From positions 1 to 54,037 of IMG/VR virus record IMGVR_UViG_3300013137_000026: a DNA stretch of 54,037 bases. One strand, 5' to 3'. This stretch comes from a virus. Its lineage: Duplodnaviria > Caudoviricetes. The position numbers and the translations under genes are program-made. Under the pieces are notes generated by a model. That model was not told the DNA's origin. It saw only the letters and a program-made list of their open reading frames with translations, and searched no databases. Below are positions 1 through 9,590 of this stretch, in pieces (position 1 is the first letter of the stretch; every line of letters begins with the position of its first letter).

Positions 1-38
1 ATTATTATACGATTTCCCCAAATCGGGTGGGTCTTTTA

Positions 39-45
39 ATAAATA
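39..45 (+). promoter_or_regulatory. T4-late-like promoter motif ATAAATA
   Basis: ATAAATA followed by the RBS-like AAGGGG and the ATG at 65; same motif recurs before most structural genes. Confidence 0.55.
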
Positions 46-64
46 TTTATGTAAGGGGAATCGT

Positions 65-937
65 ATGAAACCTATTAGTAATCCTAGAATAAATCAAAAA
101 GTATTAACTAAAACTGGTTATAAAGTCTATAAACACCCAAAAGATAAATGGGATAAATGGGATCGATGGTATAATAGAAAATGTGGTTGGTGTAGTAATT
201 TACTTATTAGACGAGAAAATAAGAAAATGGTATTTTGCGATCATAATTGTAAACGAAAATATCACATGCAAAATAAAGATTCGGTAGGTTTTAATATTTT
301 AAACCAATCAAATAACACATTATTTTATTATTTGATTGGATTAATTTGTGCAGATGGTCATATTGCATATCCTAATAGTTCACCATCACAACGAGGTTAT
401 CAATGTTCTATCGAACTTCATAAAAAAGATAATTATCTCCTTAAAAATATAAAACAAACATTTGGTGGTAAATTTACATTAGTAGCATGTAAAAAATGGC
501 ATAATAGTATGTGGTCGATACATAATAAAGAGTTTGTTTTATATTTAAAAGATGTTGTCGGATTAACACACAATAAATCTTTTAATCTTAATGTAACATA
601 TTGGTTTAATTTGTTAACTGAAGAAAATAAACAATCTTTTATTCGTGGTGTTTTTGATGGTGATGGAAGCGTATATTGTTCAAAATCAAAAGGAGCATAT
701 ATTTGTTCATGTTCTATAAAATTTATTGAAATGATACATAATTATTTTATTTCAAAAAATATGAAATGTCACTTATACTCACCTCAAGATATACATGATA
801 CATATAAAACAATGTTTCATTGTAAATATGCTTTACAATTATACAATTTAATGTATAATAATTATGAAAATTTATTTCTAGTTAGAAAACTAGCCAAATT
901 TAAACAAATAGAAGAATATTATAAGGAGAAATTATGA
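65..937 (+). CDS. Free-standing double-motif LAGLIDADG homing endonuclease with N-terminal Zn-binding region
   Basis: YLIGLICADG and FIRGVFDGDGSV motifs; CGWC...FCDHNC; C-terminal LFLVRK. Confidence 0.9.
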   Translation: MKPISNPRINQKVLTKTGYKVYKHPKDKWDKWDRWYNRKCGWCSNLLIRRENKKMVFCDHNCKRKYHMQNKDSVGFNILNQSNNTLFYYLIGLICADGHIAYPNSSPSQRGYQCSIELHKKDNYLLKNIKQTFGGKFTLVACKKWHNSMWSIHNKEFVLYLKDVVGLTHNKSFNLNVTYWFNLLTEENKQSFIRGVFDGDGSVYCSKSKGAYICSCSIKFIEMIHNYFISKNMKCHLYSPQDIHDTYKTMFHCKYALQLYNLMYNNYENLFLVRKLAKFKQIEEYYKEKL

Positions 938-1521
938 TAATTAATAATCATGAAAAATATGACGGTAAATTATTACATTCGCGGTTTGCATATAGATATT
1001 TTAAAGATAAGGTATTACCCACAGGTAATATTATTGCATTTAAAGCACCAATGCTTGTAGAAGCAGAAGGTATGATTGATTTAGAAGATGTAATGAATAA
1101 TGATTTTATTTATTCCGATCTGGCAATCAATTATTGCTGGGAAATACCGATTATAAATGATAAATATGGATCTGTTTTGTTTCAACGACTATTTTGTAAT
1201 AGCGTAGCAAATATATTAACTAAATATATTAAGGCCGAAATTGAAGTAGATGGTGACGATTTTTGGGTTTTAAAAGAACATAATCAAGGTGGTATTATAC
1301 AACAAAGAGGTAAAGCAAGTGTATCAATTGCTACAACCGTTGACAATTGTGCATTAGGACATCTTGGTATTAATGTTGTAGCTGGTAAGAAAGCACCAGC
1401 ATTCGCATATAGTACCAATTTAAACACAGAACAATGTGAACAATTTATGAGGGAAGTTGTTAATTGTTTCTACGGAATGAGCCATGATGTGTTTTTGGCA
1501 ACGACAAAACTGACTAAATAG
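934..1521 (+). CDS. DUF366-like protein (class II aaRS/biotin-lipoate ligase fold)
   Basis: YDGKLL...IIAFKAP...MIDLED...IYSD...QRL...VDGDD...KASVSIAT...HLGINV pattern. Confidence 0.7.
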   Translation: MIINNHEKYDGKLLHSRFAYRYFKDKVLPTGNIIAFKAPMLVEAEGMIDLEDVMNNDFIYSDLAINYCWEIPIINDKYGSVLFQRLFCNSVANILTKYIKAEIEVDGDDFWVLKEHNQGGIIQQRGKASVSIATTVDNCALGHLGINVVAGKKAPAFAYSTNLNTEQCEQFMREVVNCFYGMSHDVFLATTKLTK

Positions 1522-1527
1522 TAAATA
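1521..1527 (+). promoter_or_regulatory. Late promoter motif GTAAATA
   Basis: GTAAATAtttcaGAGGT then ATG 1544. Confidence 0.55.
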
Positions 1528-1543
1528 TTTCAGAGGTATTGCC

Positions 1544-1846
1544 ATGAGTGATAAAGATACAGAACAATTACAAGAAAGTTATAGAAGAATCATAAGAGAA
1601 GCCTCTGTCAGAGGATACAAACTGGTTGTTCATGAAGTCGGGAAGAAAGTAGAATATACATATTTTGCAAAAGGTCTTACCAAAGATGAAGCAGTTGCTG
1701 ATTTCAACAAAACATTACCAACCTTAGGGTATAAAGTAGAGAATTTTGAAATTATTAATGTTATTCCTTTAGCTTACGACCCGCAACTTGAGATAGACTA
1801 TAATCATGATAGTTTTCGAAAAGGTGCGAAATATCATGGAGACTAA
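1544..1846 (+). CDS. Hypothetical protein with KD-xxx-L-x-E-(A/S)Y N-terminal motif (putative internal head protein)
   Basis: MSDKDTEQLQESYRRIIRE-A; late motif and GAGG RBS. Confidence 0.7.
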   Translation: MSDKDTEQLQESYRRIIREASVRGYKLVVHEVGKKVEYTYFAKGLTKDEAVADFNKTLPTLGYKVENFEIINVIPLAYDPQLEIDYNHDSFRKGAKYHGD

Positions 1847-1937
1847 AGTATTTTCTTTTAGGAAATATTATAAAGAACATTTTAAAGAACACTATCCTGA
1901 TTGGGCCTATTATTGGTTCAAATTACACAGGGTCTAA
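1836..1937 (+). CDS. Possible 33-aa peptide METKVFSFRKYYKEHFKEHYPDWAYYWFKLHRV
   Basis: Translated by hand; AAGGTG upstream; overlaps previous stop; below ORF-track cutoff. Confidence 0.35.
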   Translation: METKVFSFRKYYKEHFKEHYPDWAYYWFKLHRV

Positions 1938-2013
1938 ATATAAAGATCTCGAGTACAATATAATATAGGAAAAGTAAAAAGGAAAAGTATAAAGAAAAAA
2001 GAGAAAGAAGAAA

Positions 2014-2187
2014 ATGAAAGATACAGATACAATAATATTAGAAGAAGTATATGATAAGGTTTGTAAAAACAACTCAGTATTAATGCGTATTCTTAAAAAA
2101 GTAGCTGCCGGACAGATGACTATTGAAGAAGCAGAAACACAAATTAAAAAGCTTGGGGCTTCAGGTGTTTATGCGGGCGGCACTTAA
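2014..2187 (+). CDS. 57-aa protein with the D-xxx-L-E-E-x-Y N-terminal motif
   Basis: Translated by hand: MKDTDTIILEEVYDKVCKNN...; CTAAATA motif at 1934-1940 upstream; not in ORF track. Confidence 0.6.
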   Translation: MKDTDTIILEEVYDKVCKNNSVLMRILKKVAAGQMTIEEAETQIKKLGASGVYAGGT

Positions 2188-2332
2188 CCATAGCGGCCAC
2201 TAAAAATAATTGGAATTTTGGTACATTTAATACATTAACAAACGAAAAAATTCAATTAGAAGATCCGAACGAATTAGCGGAAGATGTTTGGAATGATGTG
2301 AACATTCGAGTATGGGTTGAAAAGAAATAGTT

Positions 2333-2740
2333 ATGCTTCTTTTTAATTTTTTAAAAGATATTATCTATAGGAAACAGGGTGATTTACTTGATAACCCAGA
2401 GAATGAAGTGGATTTTACTCCTTGGTTAATTCAGCGTTGGTTGTCCATGTATTCAGAAGATTCGGCTAAGATATTAAACAATACAACAAACCAATTGTAT
2501 CCTGTTTTTGAAACAAAGAGGGAATGGTACAAGATATTTCTATCTACCATACCAAAAACATACTTCAAGAAGATTAAATATATTAAGAAGATTAAGAAGG
2601 ACAAGATCGATAATATCAATGAAGTTTATAAGTTTATTGCGCAAAATAAACAAATGTCGGTTAGAGAAGTAAAAGAGTATATTAAAGAGTTTAATATCGA
2701 TACTAAGCAATTAGAAAAGATATTTAAGAAAGAGGGTTAA
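2333..2740 (+). CDS. gp62: Clamp loader small subunit (T4 gp62-like)
   Basis: FTPWLIQRWLSMY motif, IPK...KYIKK, terminal S-x-RE...Y helix. Confidence 0.7.
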   Translation: MLLFNFLKDIIYRKQGDLLDNPENEVDFTPWLIQRWLSMYSEDSAKILNNTTNQLYPVFETKREWYKIFLSTIPKTYFKKIKYIKKIKKDKIDNINEVYKFIAQNKQMSVREVKEYIKEFNIDTKQLEKIFKKEG

Positions 2741-2741
2741 T

Positions 2742-3143
2742 ATGGGTGAAGAATTAAATGCTAGAGGTTTACCAGCAACTGTCCATGGTGTTGTACCATC
2801 ACTAAGTCTTGATACCTATCGGGGTTCAAGAATTCCAACAGATTGGGAGATTATCGGTGTAGCTGGTGATATAATACGAGCAGAGTTTATAGATTGTACT
2901 GGTGATGGAGATTACATTGATCGTGGTGGTATATTACTAGACAATAAAGTATCACAATATACTTGGCGCATTGCTAAAGTTATCAATGTAGGTCCTCAAT
3001 GTCATGATACTAAACCTGGCGATCTAATTATGTTCCCAAATGATAAGGGTATTCCAATGACTAACGTTGGTGGAAAAAATTACATTTTCTTAAATGAAGC
3101 AAGAATATTTGCTTTTGTAAAACCTAAGACTATCGAAACATAA
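2742..3143 (+). CDS. groES: GroES/Cpn10 co-chaperonin (T4 gp31 analogue)
   Basis: GGILL mobile loop, AKVINVGP, PGDLIMF, YIFLNEARIFA. Confidence 0.8.
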   Translation: MGEELNARGLPATVHGVVPSLSLDTYRGSRIPTDWEIIGVAGDIIRAEFIDCTGDGDYIDRGGILLDNKVSQYTWRIAKVINVGPQCHDTKPGDLIMFPNDKGIPMTNVGGKNYIFLNEARIFAFVKPKTIET

Positions 3144-3535
3144 TGAAAGTAACCATTCCAACCTTAAAACGATTATTAGCAGGAAATGTTATAGAATTGC
3201 GATTCCTGCGACGTCGTCCTAAGTTAGGTTGGAATAATACTAGACATATGTTATGTACTAACAATTGGCAATTGCTTAATTCAATACCAGGTAAGACAGC
3301 ACTTAGGTTTAAACCACCACATCAACAACCAAAATATAATCCAGATCAATATGGGTTGATCTGTGCATGGGATATAATGTTTTGCGAATATCGCATGCTT
3401 AGTCCAGAAACGCACGAAATAGTTGCAGTTATGCCTATTAAAACACCTGAAGAGATTGATAGATTTTGGTTATATTTTGCCGAAATGTTACAAAAGATGA
3501 GCCCGAGCGAAAAAGTTGGTTTCATGAATAATTAG
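3143..3535 (+). CDS. DUF2693/WYL-like SH3-barrel phage protein
   Basis: VIELRF..R..TRHMLCT...AWDI...EYR pattern. Confidence 0.55.
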   Translation: MKVTIPTLKRLLAGNVIELRFLRRRPKLGWNNTRHMLCTNNWQLLNSIPGKTALRFKPPHQQPKYNPDQYGLICAWDIMFCEYRMLSPETHEIVAVMPIKTPEEIDRFWLYFAEMLQKMSPSEKVGFMNN

Positions 3536-3542
3536 GAGTTAA

Positions 3543-3896
3543 ATGACTATAACAGATACACCACTAGAAAATATTCTTAAAAGTCTTTTACAAAAGAATG
3601 TAAAATTCAATTTAGGTGAAAAGACAATAAAAAAAGGTAAATTCATGCTTTTCAAACAAAACAATTATTGTTTAGAAATTATGATACAAACTAAGGGGAA
3701 CAATCTTAAGAAATTTGAGATTCCTATTCCTTATTATTTTGAGAAATGGCCTGAAGATAAACTAATTTATTTTGATTATAGATTTTCATCTTTAGCACGA
3801 AATAAAGAATCACGTAGAAAATTGTTCGAAAGTATACCAAAAGTAGGGAACAACAAATTCTATAACACAATACTTGAAATTCAAATAGATTCATGA
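3543..3896 (+). CDS. Hypothetical protein
   Basis: 117-aa ORF, AGGAG RBS, co-oriented. Confidence 0.7.
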   Translation: MTITDTPLENILKSLLQKNVKFNLGEKTIKKGKFMLFKQNNYCLEIMIQTKGNNLKKFEIPIPYYFEKWPEDKLIYFDYRFSSLARNKESRRKLFESIPKVGNNKFYNTILEIQIDS

Positions 3897-3902
3897 TATA
3901 AT
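3874..3902 (+). promoter_or_regulatory. Sigma70-type early/middle promoter TTGAAA-N17-TATAAT with extended -10 TG
   Basis: TTGAAA 3874-3879, TG 3894-3895, TATAAT 3897-3902, 17-bp spacer; precedes the Zn-protein/helicase genes. Confidence 0.7.
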
Positions 3903-3913
3903 AATTAGGAAAT

Positions 3914-4246
3914 ATGAACTTAAAATTATTTTTTAGTATGATATCTGGTGATTTGTATTATGTCGAAGAAGATGAAGTTAAGAATCTTGATAGTGCACAG
4001 ATTCCGTTAAAACAAAAACCAAGCACCTCTTGTAAAAAATGTTATGGAAGATTTCATATAGGTAAGTATTCTCAAATGCAAGAAGGTAAATGGCAACAAA
4101 AATATTATGCTATTTGTCCTAAATGCGCGCCTAAATGTATTGATTGGGATGCTGTTAATAAGAAGGAAGTTAAAGTAGAATTACCAAGAACTACAACCGA
4201 AATAGCATCAGATTCTTTTAATGATGCAATCAATTTGGTAAAATAA
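3914..4246 (+). CDS. Hypothetical Zn-binding protein
   Basis: CKKC...CPKC...C. Confidence 0.7.
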   Translation: MNLKLFFSMISGDLYYVEEDEVKNLDSAQIPLKQKPSTSCKKCYGRFHIGKYSQMQEGKWQQKYYAICPKCAPKCIDWDAVNKKEVKVELPRTTTEIASDSFNDAINLVK

Positions 4247-5880
4247 TGAAGATCCAAAATATTGAAGAATATTTTCCTAAGAACTATTCTCCTAGATCAA
4301 ATCAGGTAGATATATTAACACAAATCCAAGATGCTATTAATTCTGGGGTCAAGTTTATCATACTTGAAGGTCCAACAGGCTCCGGAAAATCCATGTTTTC
4401 CGCCACTTTAGCAAACTATACTCCAAATCCTTCAAAGGATTGGATTAAGCTTGTAGATGAGATGAAGATGTTTGAAAAGAATGTAACTGGAGAGTATAAT
4501 TACGAATATGAAGCAATGAAGGAACCAGCTTTTGGTACTTTTGTTTTGACTATTACTAAGACCTTACAGAATCAATATAGTAAACTCTTTGAAGATTGTA
4601 GTTTACTAAAAGGTAAATCTAATTATGAGTGTAACATTGATACAGATTTTGATGCTGATTTAGCACCATGCATGTTATCATCAAAATTATACAAACAATG
4701 TCAACTAAATAAAACTTGTGATTATTTAAACCGTCGCGATGAGTTAGTCAAATCAAAGTTTGGTGTAGTTAATTATAGTATGTTTCTTAGTTTACCAGAT
4801 CATGTTAAGAAGAGATCAATTATTGTTTGTGATGAAGCATCAGAGTTAGAAGATGAGTTAGTTGATCATTTTTCTGCAACGATTGAATATAGCAAGTTAA
4901 AATATCTAGGGCTATCTGTTAACAAACTCATTACAGAAGATATCGATAAAGCATTTTTATGGCTCACTGATATTACAACAAAACTAGATTCATATATAAA
5001 AGAAAAGTATAATAATTTATCCAAATCACAAAAGGTTAATAACATTGGTGATATGACAAAACTTCGTGTAGCTATAAATTTACACGAACGAGTTTTGGTT
5101 GTATTGGAAAATTGGAAATCTTGCGAGTATGTATTAGAACGAGATGCTACTAAAGCAACATTTGTTCCATTATATGTTGATGTATTATCTAACAATATAT
5201 TCAAATATGCCGATACGGTAGTATTAATGTCAGCAACGATCGTTGATCCGAAGACATTTACTAAAGCTTTAGGTATTACAGATTACAAGTATATACAAGC
5301 AGATTCTATGTTCGATCCTAAGAAGGCTCCAATATATTGTCCTGGAAGCTATAATCTCAATTATAGTAACATTGATAAGAATTTACCAAAGGTTGTTGAT
5401 CAAGCTTTATCTATTTGTGAGCATTATCAAGGTAAGCATGGTATCATACATACACATAGTTTTAAGATTACTGAGAGTGTTAAAGATAGATCTCGAAGAG
5501 ATAAAAGATTTTTGTTTAGGGAGGACGGAATCTCTAATGAACAAATACTTCAAGAACATTTTGCAAGAGAAGACGGAACAGTACTCGTATCACCTAGTTT
5601 AGGTTATGGTATCGATCTAATGGGTAAATATGGAGCCTTTCAAGTTATTATTAAGTTACCGTATCTTCCTTTAGGCTCAAAACGAATTAAGATATTGTTT
5701 GAAAAGAATAAGGATTGGTATCAAATGAAAATGCTTATTAATTTAATACAGATGTGTGGTAGAATAATTAGAAGTGAAGAAGATAAAGGTGATACTTTTA
5801 TTCTTGATGGCCAAGCGGTTGATACATTAAAGAGAGTATGGTCAAAATTACCAAAACATTTTCGTTCTCGATTAAAATAG
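4246..5880 (+). CDS. DinG/XPD(Rad3)-family SF2 DNA helicase with putative Fe-S cluster
   Basis: Q motif PRSNQ, GPTGSGKS, KGKSNYEC plus three further Cys, DEAS, LMSAT, GIDL, QMCGRIIR. Confidence 0.9.
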   Translation: MKIQNIEEYFPKNYSPRSNQVDILTQIQDAINSGVKFIILEGPTGSGKSMFSATLANYTPNPSKDWIKLVDEMKMFEKNVTGEYNYEYEAMKEPAFGTFVLTITKTLQNQYSKLFEDCSLLKGKSNYECNIDTDFDADLAPCMLSSKLYKQCQLNKTCDYLNRRDELVKSKFGVVNYSMFLSLPDHVKKRSIIVCDEASELEDELVDHFSATIEYSKLKYLGLSVNKLITEDIDKAFLWLTDITTKLDSYIKEKYNNLSKSQKVNNIGDMTKLRVAINLHERVLVVLENWKSCEYVLERDATKATFVPLYVDVLSNNIFKYADTVVLMSATIVDPKTFTKALGITDYKYIQADSMFDPKKAPIYCPGSYNLNYSNIDKNLPKVVDQALSICEHYQGKHGIIHTHSFKITESVKDRSRRDKRFLFREDGISNEQILQEHFAREDGTVLVSPSLGYGIDLMGKYGAFQVIIKLPYLPLGSKRIKILFEKNKDWYQMKMLINLIQMCGRIIRSEEDKGDTFILDGQAVDTLKRVWSKLPKHFRSRLK

Positions 5881-5888
5881 TCCAGATT

Positions 5889-5973
5889 ATGAAATAATTA
5901 TGTAAAGGAAGAAAATAATATTATAAAATTGTACGAAGAAGGGTATAGTACAAAAAGATTACACGGAGATTAA
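5889..5973 (+). pseudogene. Frameshifted relic of an HTH-type homing endonuclease N-terminus
   Basis: ATG-AAA-TAA then in another frame NNYVKEENNIIKLYEEGYSTKRLHGD*. Confidence 0.4.
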
Positions 5974-5984
5974 TAAAATTTTAT

Positions 5985-6494
5985 ATGCTAGCTCAATGTC
6001 ATACTAAGAAATACTCATATAAGTTTAATAAGAAGTTAATACTGATTGTGGGTAATATTGGGTCCGGAAAATCTACTTACAGTAAGAAATTAAAAAAAGA
6101 TTACGTAATAATATCTAGAGATGCTCTTAGATGCATATTAGGTAATGGGGATTATGTATTTTTAAATACATTTGAACCAGCAGTTCACCGAGCCGAAATG
6201 GCATTCTTTGAAGGATTATTAGAATCTGGGGTTAATCTTGTGGTGGATGAAACAAATTCATCTCTACGAGTTAGAGCGATGTATTTATGTTTAGCTAAAC
6301 TATACAAATACCATACTACAGCAATTGTTTTACCTAAATTGTCAAAAAAAGAGTGTGTTGACAGACGAATGAACGATTCTAGTAGGAATTATACTCGAAC
6401 CGATTGGGAAAAGGTTTGGGACATGTTTGACAGAATATATGAAGAACCAACCCGCAAGGAGGGATTTAATAGAATCATTAAGGTTAAACAATAA
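5985..6494 (+). CDS. P-loop kinase (AAA_33, polynucleotide-kinase-like)
   Basis: GNIGSGKST, ISRDALR, VVDETN, ECVDRRMN, EEPT.KEGF. Confidence 0.85.
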   Translation: MLAQCHTKKYSYKFNKKLILIVGNIGSGKSTYSKKLKKDYVIISRDALRCILGNGDYVFLNTFEPAVHRAEMAFFEGLLESGVNLVVDETNSSLRVRAMYLCLAKLYKYHTTAIVLPKLSKKECVDRRMNDSSRNYTRTDWEKVWDMFDRIYEEPTRKEGFNRIIKVKQ

Positions 6495-6500
6495 ATATTG

Positions 6501-6508
6501 TATAAATA
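6501..6508 (+). promoter_or_regulatory. T4 consensus late promoter TATAAATA
   Basis: Exact T4 gp55-type motif 6 nt before the ATG at 6515. Confidence 0.7.
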
Positions 6509-6514
6509 TTTAAA

Positions 6515-7726
6515 ATGAAAAAACAAAGTTTTTACTGGGAAATTAGAGATTTAGTTGCTCAGTTCACAGATGCTTTTAATGATATTGTCATTAACCGCTA
6601 TAATGAGAATAAAGTTCCAGAAGATCAATTGCATGTTAACTTCGTATATGCTCCAAAGTCCAGAGTTTTACATGATCTGGTAAATAAAGCCGGGCATATT
6701 AAGCCGCCCATTGTCTCTGTTTTTATATCTAACGTTAGAAGAGCCCCAAATCGAGTCTTTAATAAGATTGAAGGACCGTATTATACATTAAGTCACATTC
6801 AATCTGGGTATGAAAAGCTACTTCAACCAGTGCCAGTTGATATTACCTTGAACATGTCGATTGTTACTCGGTTCCAACAAGATTTAGACCAAATTTTAAG
6901 TAATTGGGCACCATGGAATGATCCATATGTTGTAGTAAGCTGGCAAATGCCAATTACAGAATTGGAAATTCGGAGTCATATCATATGGGATGGTAATATC
7001 AACATTAATACTCCCCATGATACAAATGCGACTGAGTTTTATCGTCAAACAGCTGATACGACATTCACGATTGAAGGTTGGCTATTTAAGAAACCCGATG
7101 ATCCAGTAGGTAAAATATACAAGATTACAACAACATTCAATGCCGTTTCAGATATTATGGATAATTTCGAATATCTAGAAAGTATGGCCGATCCATATAA
7201 TCCACTTAATACAGAGATTTTTGTTATTTCTGCCCGACCACAATTGTATGAATGTACTCCATATGCTACTTTACCATGTGTCTCTGGACGATATTTTACA
7301 CTTTATGGTAAGATGTTTGATTGGGTTACGAGTTTATATGCCTCTGGCGGTACCGGAGTTTATGATTTAGCACCTACTGGCTGGCCTGTATCCGCAGTAT
7401 CTGGAATTTATACAATGTTTTATGATCCAGCTAGTTCTAATGCAAGAATTTCAGCATATTATCCAGGATTTTCAGCAGTAGAAATTGCTACATGGAGTAA
7501 ATCAAGTGATACCGAAATACAATTTATGTTACCAGTGCCTGTAAGTGCTGGTTTTATTGATATTATAGCATTTAATGAAGCTGGGTATGGTTTATTAAGT
7601 CGAGATTCTGTTCGTACTACCTTTAATCCATATCCATCAACGGCACCAGAGTACAATACCTGGGTTTCTTGGCAACCACCGTACATTTCAGGTATTGAGG
7701 TTCTTCCAATATATGATTATTGTTAA
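6515..7726 (+). CDS. gp15: Tail terminator/sheath stabiliser (T4 gp15-like) with C-terminal extension
   Basis: FYWEIRDLVAQFTDAFNDIVINR...VNFVYAPK...QPVPVDITLNMSI...DLDQIL...FTIEGWLF. Confidence 0.8.
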   Translation: MKKQSFYWEIRDLVAQFTDAFNDIVINRYNENKVPEDQLHVNFVYAPKSRVLHDLVNKAGHIKPPIVSVFISNVRRAPNRVFNKIEGPYYTLSHIQSGYEKLLQPVPVDITLNMSIVTRFQQDLDQILSNWAPWNDPYVVVSWQMPITELEIRSHIIWDGNININTPHDTNATEFYRQTADTTFTIEGWLFKKPDDPVGKIYKITTTFNAVSDIMDNFEYLESMADPYNPLNTEIFVISARPQLYECTPYATLPCVSGRYFTLYGKMFDWVTSLYASGGTGVYDLAPTGWPVSAVSGIYTMFYDPASSNARISAYYPGFSAVEIATWSKSSDTEIQFMLPVPVSAGFIDIIAFNEAGYGLLSRDSVRTTFNPYPSTAPEYNTWVSWQPPYISGIEVLPIYDYC

Positions 7727-7754
7727 TTTCATACCTTAATAAAACGAAAACCCG

Positions 7755-7761
7755 ATAAATA
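7755..7761 (+). promoter_or_regulatory. Late promoter motif ATAAATA (portal)
   Basis: Intergenic, upstream of ATG 7781. Confidence 0.6.
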
Positions 7762-7780
7762 ATTAAGAAAGATTTAGTTT

Positions 7781-9550
7781 ATGAACACAGATAGAAGTTT
7801 TGCGAGTGTATTATTAGCCAAAGTTCCATTCTCTTGGAGAATTATTGATTCGATCTCTCACCTTAATCCTAAATATGAAGCATTTCATGATTTAACTGCT
7901 AGAAAAGACGAGAGAATACTCCAACAATCTGTTGTACAATATAAATCTTCTGCAATTGATGATCCAGTCGGTGGTATGATCCAAATAAATAAGGATTACC
8001 ACAAGTATATGTACGCTGGTATCGATATGGATAAGATCCGTAGATTACAGGATTATCGTCGTATGGCAGCATATTCTGAGGTAGCTGAGGCTATTGATGA
8101 GATTTGCGATGAAACAATTGTCAAAGATGAGAACGACGAGATTCTAAAATTCCATTTACGTGGCGAATTTGAAAAAGAGATCCGAGAAGAAATAACTAAA
8201 GAATGGAATAATTACTCAACAGTGTATGATTTAGAGAATAGAGGTTGGGAATATTTTAGACAGTTTCTAACGGATGGGGAATTATATTTTGAAAATGTGG
8301 TATCTAAGAATAGACCAGATTATGGTATTTTAGGTGTTGTTAATATTCCGCCAGAACTTATTAATCCGATTTATGATAATGTTCAAAATGGGTTAATTAA
8401 GGGGTATTTGCTTCGTAGACCAATTCGTGATGCAAAGAAACAACATAACGAAAAAGAAGAACTTATTTTATTAGACAAAAATCAAATTTGTTATATTAAT
8501 TCTGGAATTTGGAATGAAGATAGATCTATTAGATTACCCTATATTGAGGCTTGTCGCAGAGCTTATAAACAACTATCCTTGATTGAAGATTCGATTGTTA
8601 TATATAGATTAGTAAGAGCACCAGAAAGATTAGCTTTTTATGTTGATGTTGGTAACATGCCGCCACCAAAAGCCGAAGCATATCTAAAGCGTTTGATGCA
8701 ACAATATTGGACTCGTCGAAGTTATGATGCTAATAGTTCAAGAGTAACTAATGTATATGATCCACAATCCATGTTAGATGCATTTTGGTTTGCCCGACGC
8801 GCTGGAGATCAGGGCACAAAGGTTGAAACTTTACCAGGCGGCGCCAATTTAGGTCAGCTTGATGACCTCAACTACTTCCTTAAGAAACTCTATAAAGCCC
8901 TTAAGATTCCAATTAGTCGGATGGATCCAGCTGATCCGTTCAAAGATGGTACGGAGATTACGCGAGAAGAATTAAAATTTGCTCGATTTGTAATGAGAAT
9001 TCAGCGTCAGTTTGCCATGGGTGTTAAAGATGGGTTTATGGTACATCTTAAACTCCGTAAATTGTGGGATCAATACAAACTTAAAGAATACAATTTCGAT
9101 CTAGAATTTAATACGCCAACTCAGTTCATGTTAATGCGTGAACAACAAGTTCAAGATCTGCGTTACAACAATTATAACAACATGACTTCAACAGAATTGG
9201 TATCTCATTCTTATGCTCAGAGGTATTATTTAAATTGGGCAGATGATCAAATGGCAGAAAATCGTGAGTGGTTAAGAAAAGATGCTGAACTAATGTGGGA
9301 AATTGAACAAATTAGAACAGCTGGTCCTAACTTCCGTGAACAGCAAGCGGCTGTTGGTCAAGCTATGTCAGAATTAGAAGGTAAAGGTGGCGGAGGCGGA
9401 TTACCACCAGCATTTGGGCCTGGTCCAGCACCAACCACCGGTGAAGAAACACCTCCAGGAGAAGCAGCTCCAGAAGCAGGTGCTCCAGCCACTCCTGGTG
9501 TTCCAGCCACTCCTGGTGCTCCAGCCACAACAACACCACCTGCAGCATAA
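7781..9550 (+). CDS. gp20: Portal protein (T4 gp20-like)
   Basis: YRRMA..SEVAEAIDEI, IEDSIVIYRLVRAPER..FYVDVGNMP..KAE, ETLPGG.NLG, EITREELKF. Confidence 0.97.
   Translation: MNTDRSFASVLLAKVPFSWRIIDSISHLNPKYEAFHDLTARKDERILQQSVVQYKSSAIDDPVGGMIQINKDYHKYMYAGIDMDKIRRLQDYRRMAAYSEVAEAIDEICDETIVKDENDEILKFHLRGEFEKEIREEITKEWNNYSTVYDLENRGWEYFRQFLTDGELYFENVVSKNRPDYGILGVVNIPPELINPIYDNVQNGLIKGYLLRRPIRDAKKQHNEKEELILLDKNQICYINSGIWNEDRSIRLPYIEACRRAYKQLSLIEDSIVIYRLVRAPERLAFYVDVGNMPPPKAEAYLKRLMQQYWTRRSYDANSSRVTNVYDPQSMLDAFWFARRAGDQGTKVETLPGGANLGQLDDLNYFLKKLYKALKIPISRMDPADPFKDGTEITREELKFARFVMRIQRQFAMGVKDGFMVHLKLRKLWDQYKLKEYNFDLEFNTPTQFMLMREQQVQDLRYNNYNNMTSTELVSHSYAQRYYLNWADDQMAENREWLRKDAELMWEIEQIRTAGPNFREQQAAVGQAMSELEGKGGGGGLPPAFGPGPAPTTGEETPPGEAAPEAGAPATPGVPATPGAPATTTPPAA
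9479..9532 (+). repeat. 3 x 18-bp tandem repeat encoding G(A/V)PATP in portal C-terminus
   Basis: ggtgctccagccactcct / ggtgttccagccactcct / ggtgctccagccacaaca. Confidence 0.85.
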
Positions 9551-9568
9551 TAAAGCTCGATATTTTTG

Positions 9569-9575
9569 ATAAATA
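9569..9575 (+). promoter_or_regulatory. Late promoter motif ATAAATA (nrdG-nrdD)
   Basis: gATAAATAatt, same context as before portal and gp13. Confidence 0.55.
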
Positions 9576-9590
9576 ATTTAAAATTTATCT

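Noticed and set aside
65-937. Group I intron or intein host for the LAGLIDADG gene
   Set aside because: Has its own promoter motif and RBS, no intein termini, and no interrupted gene is visible in the window
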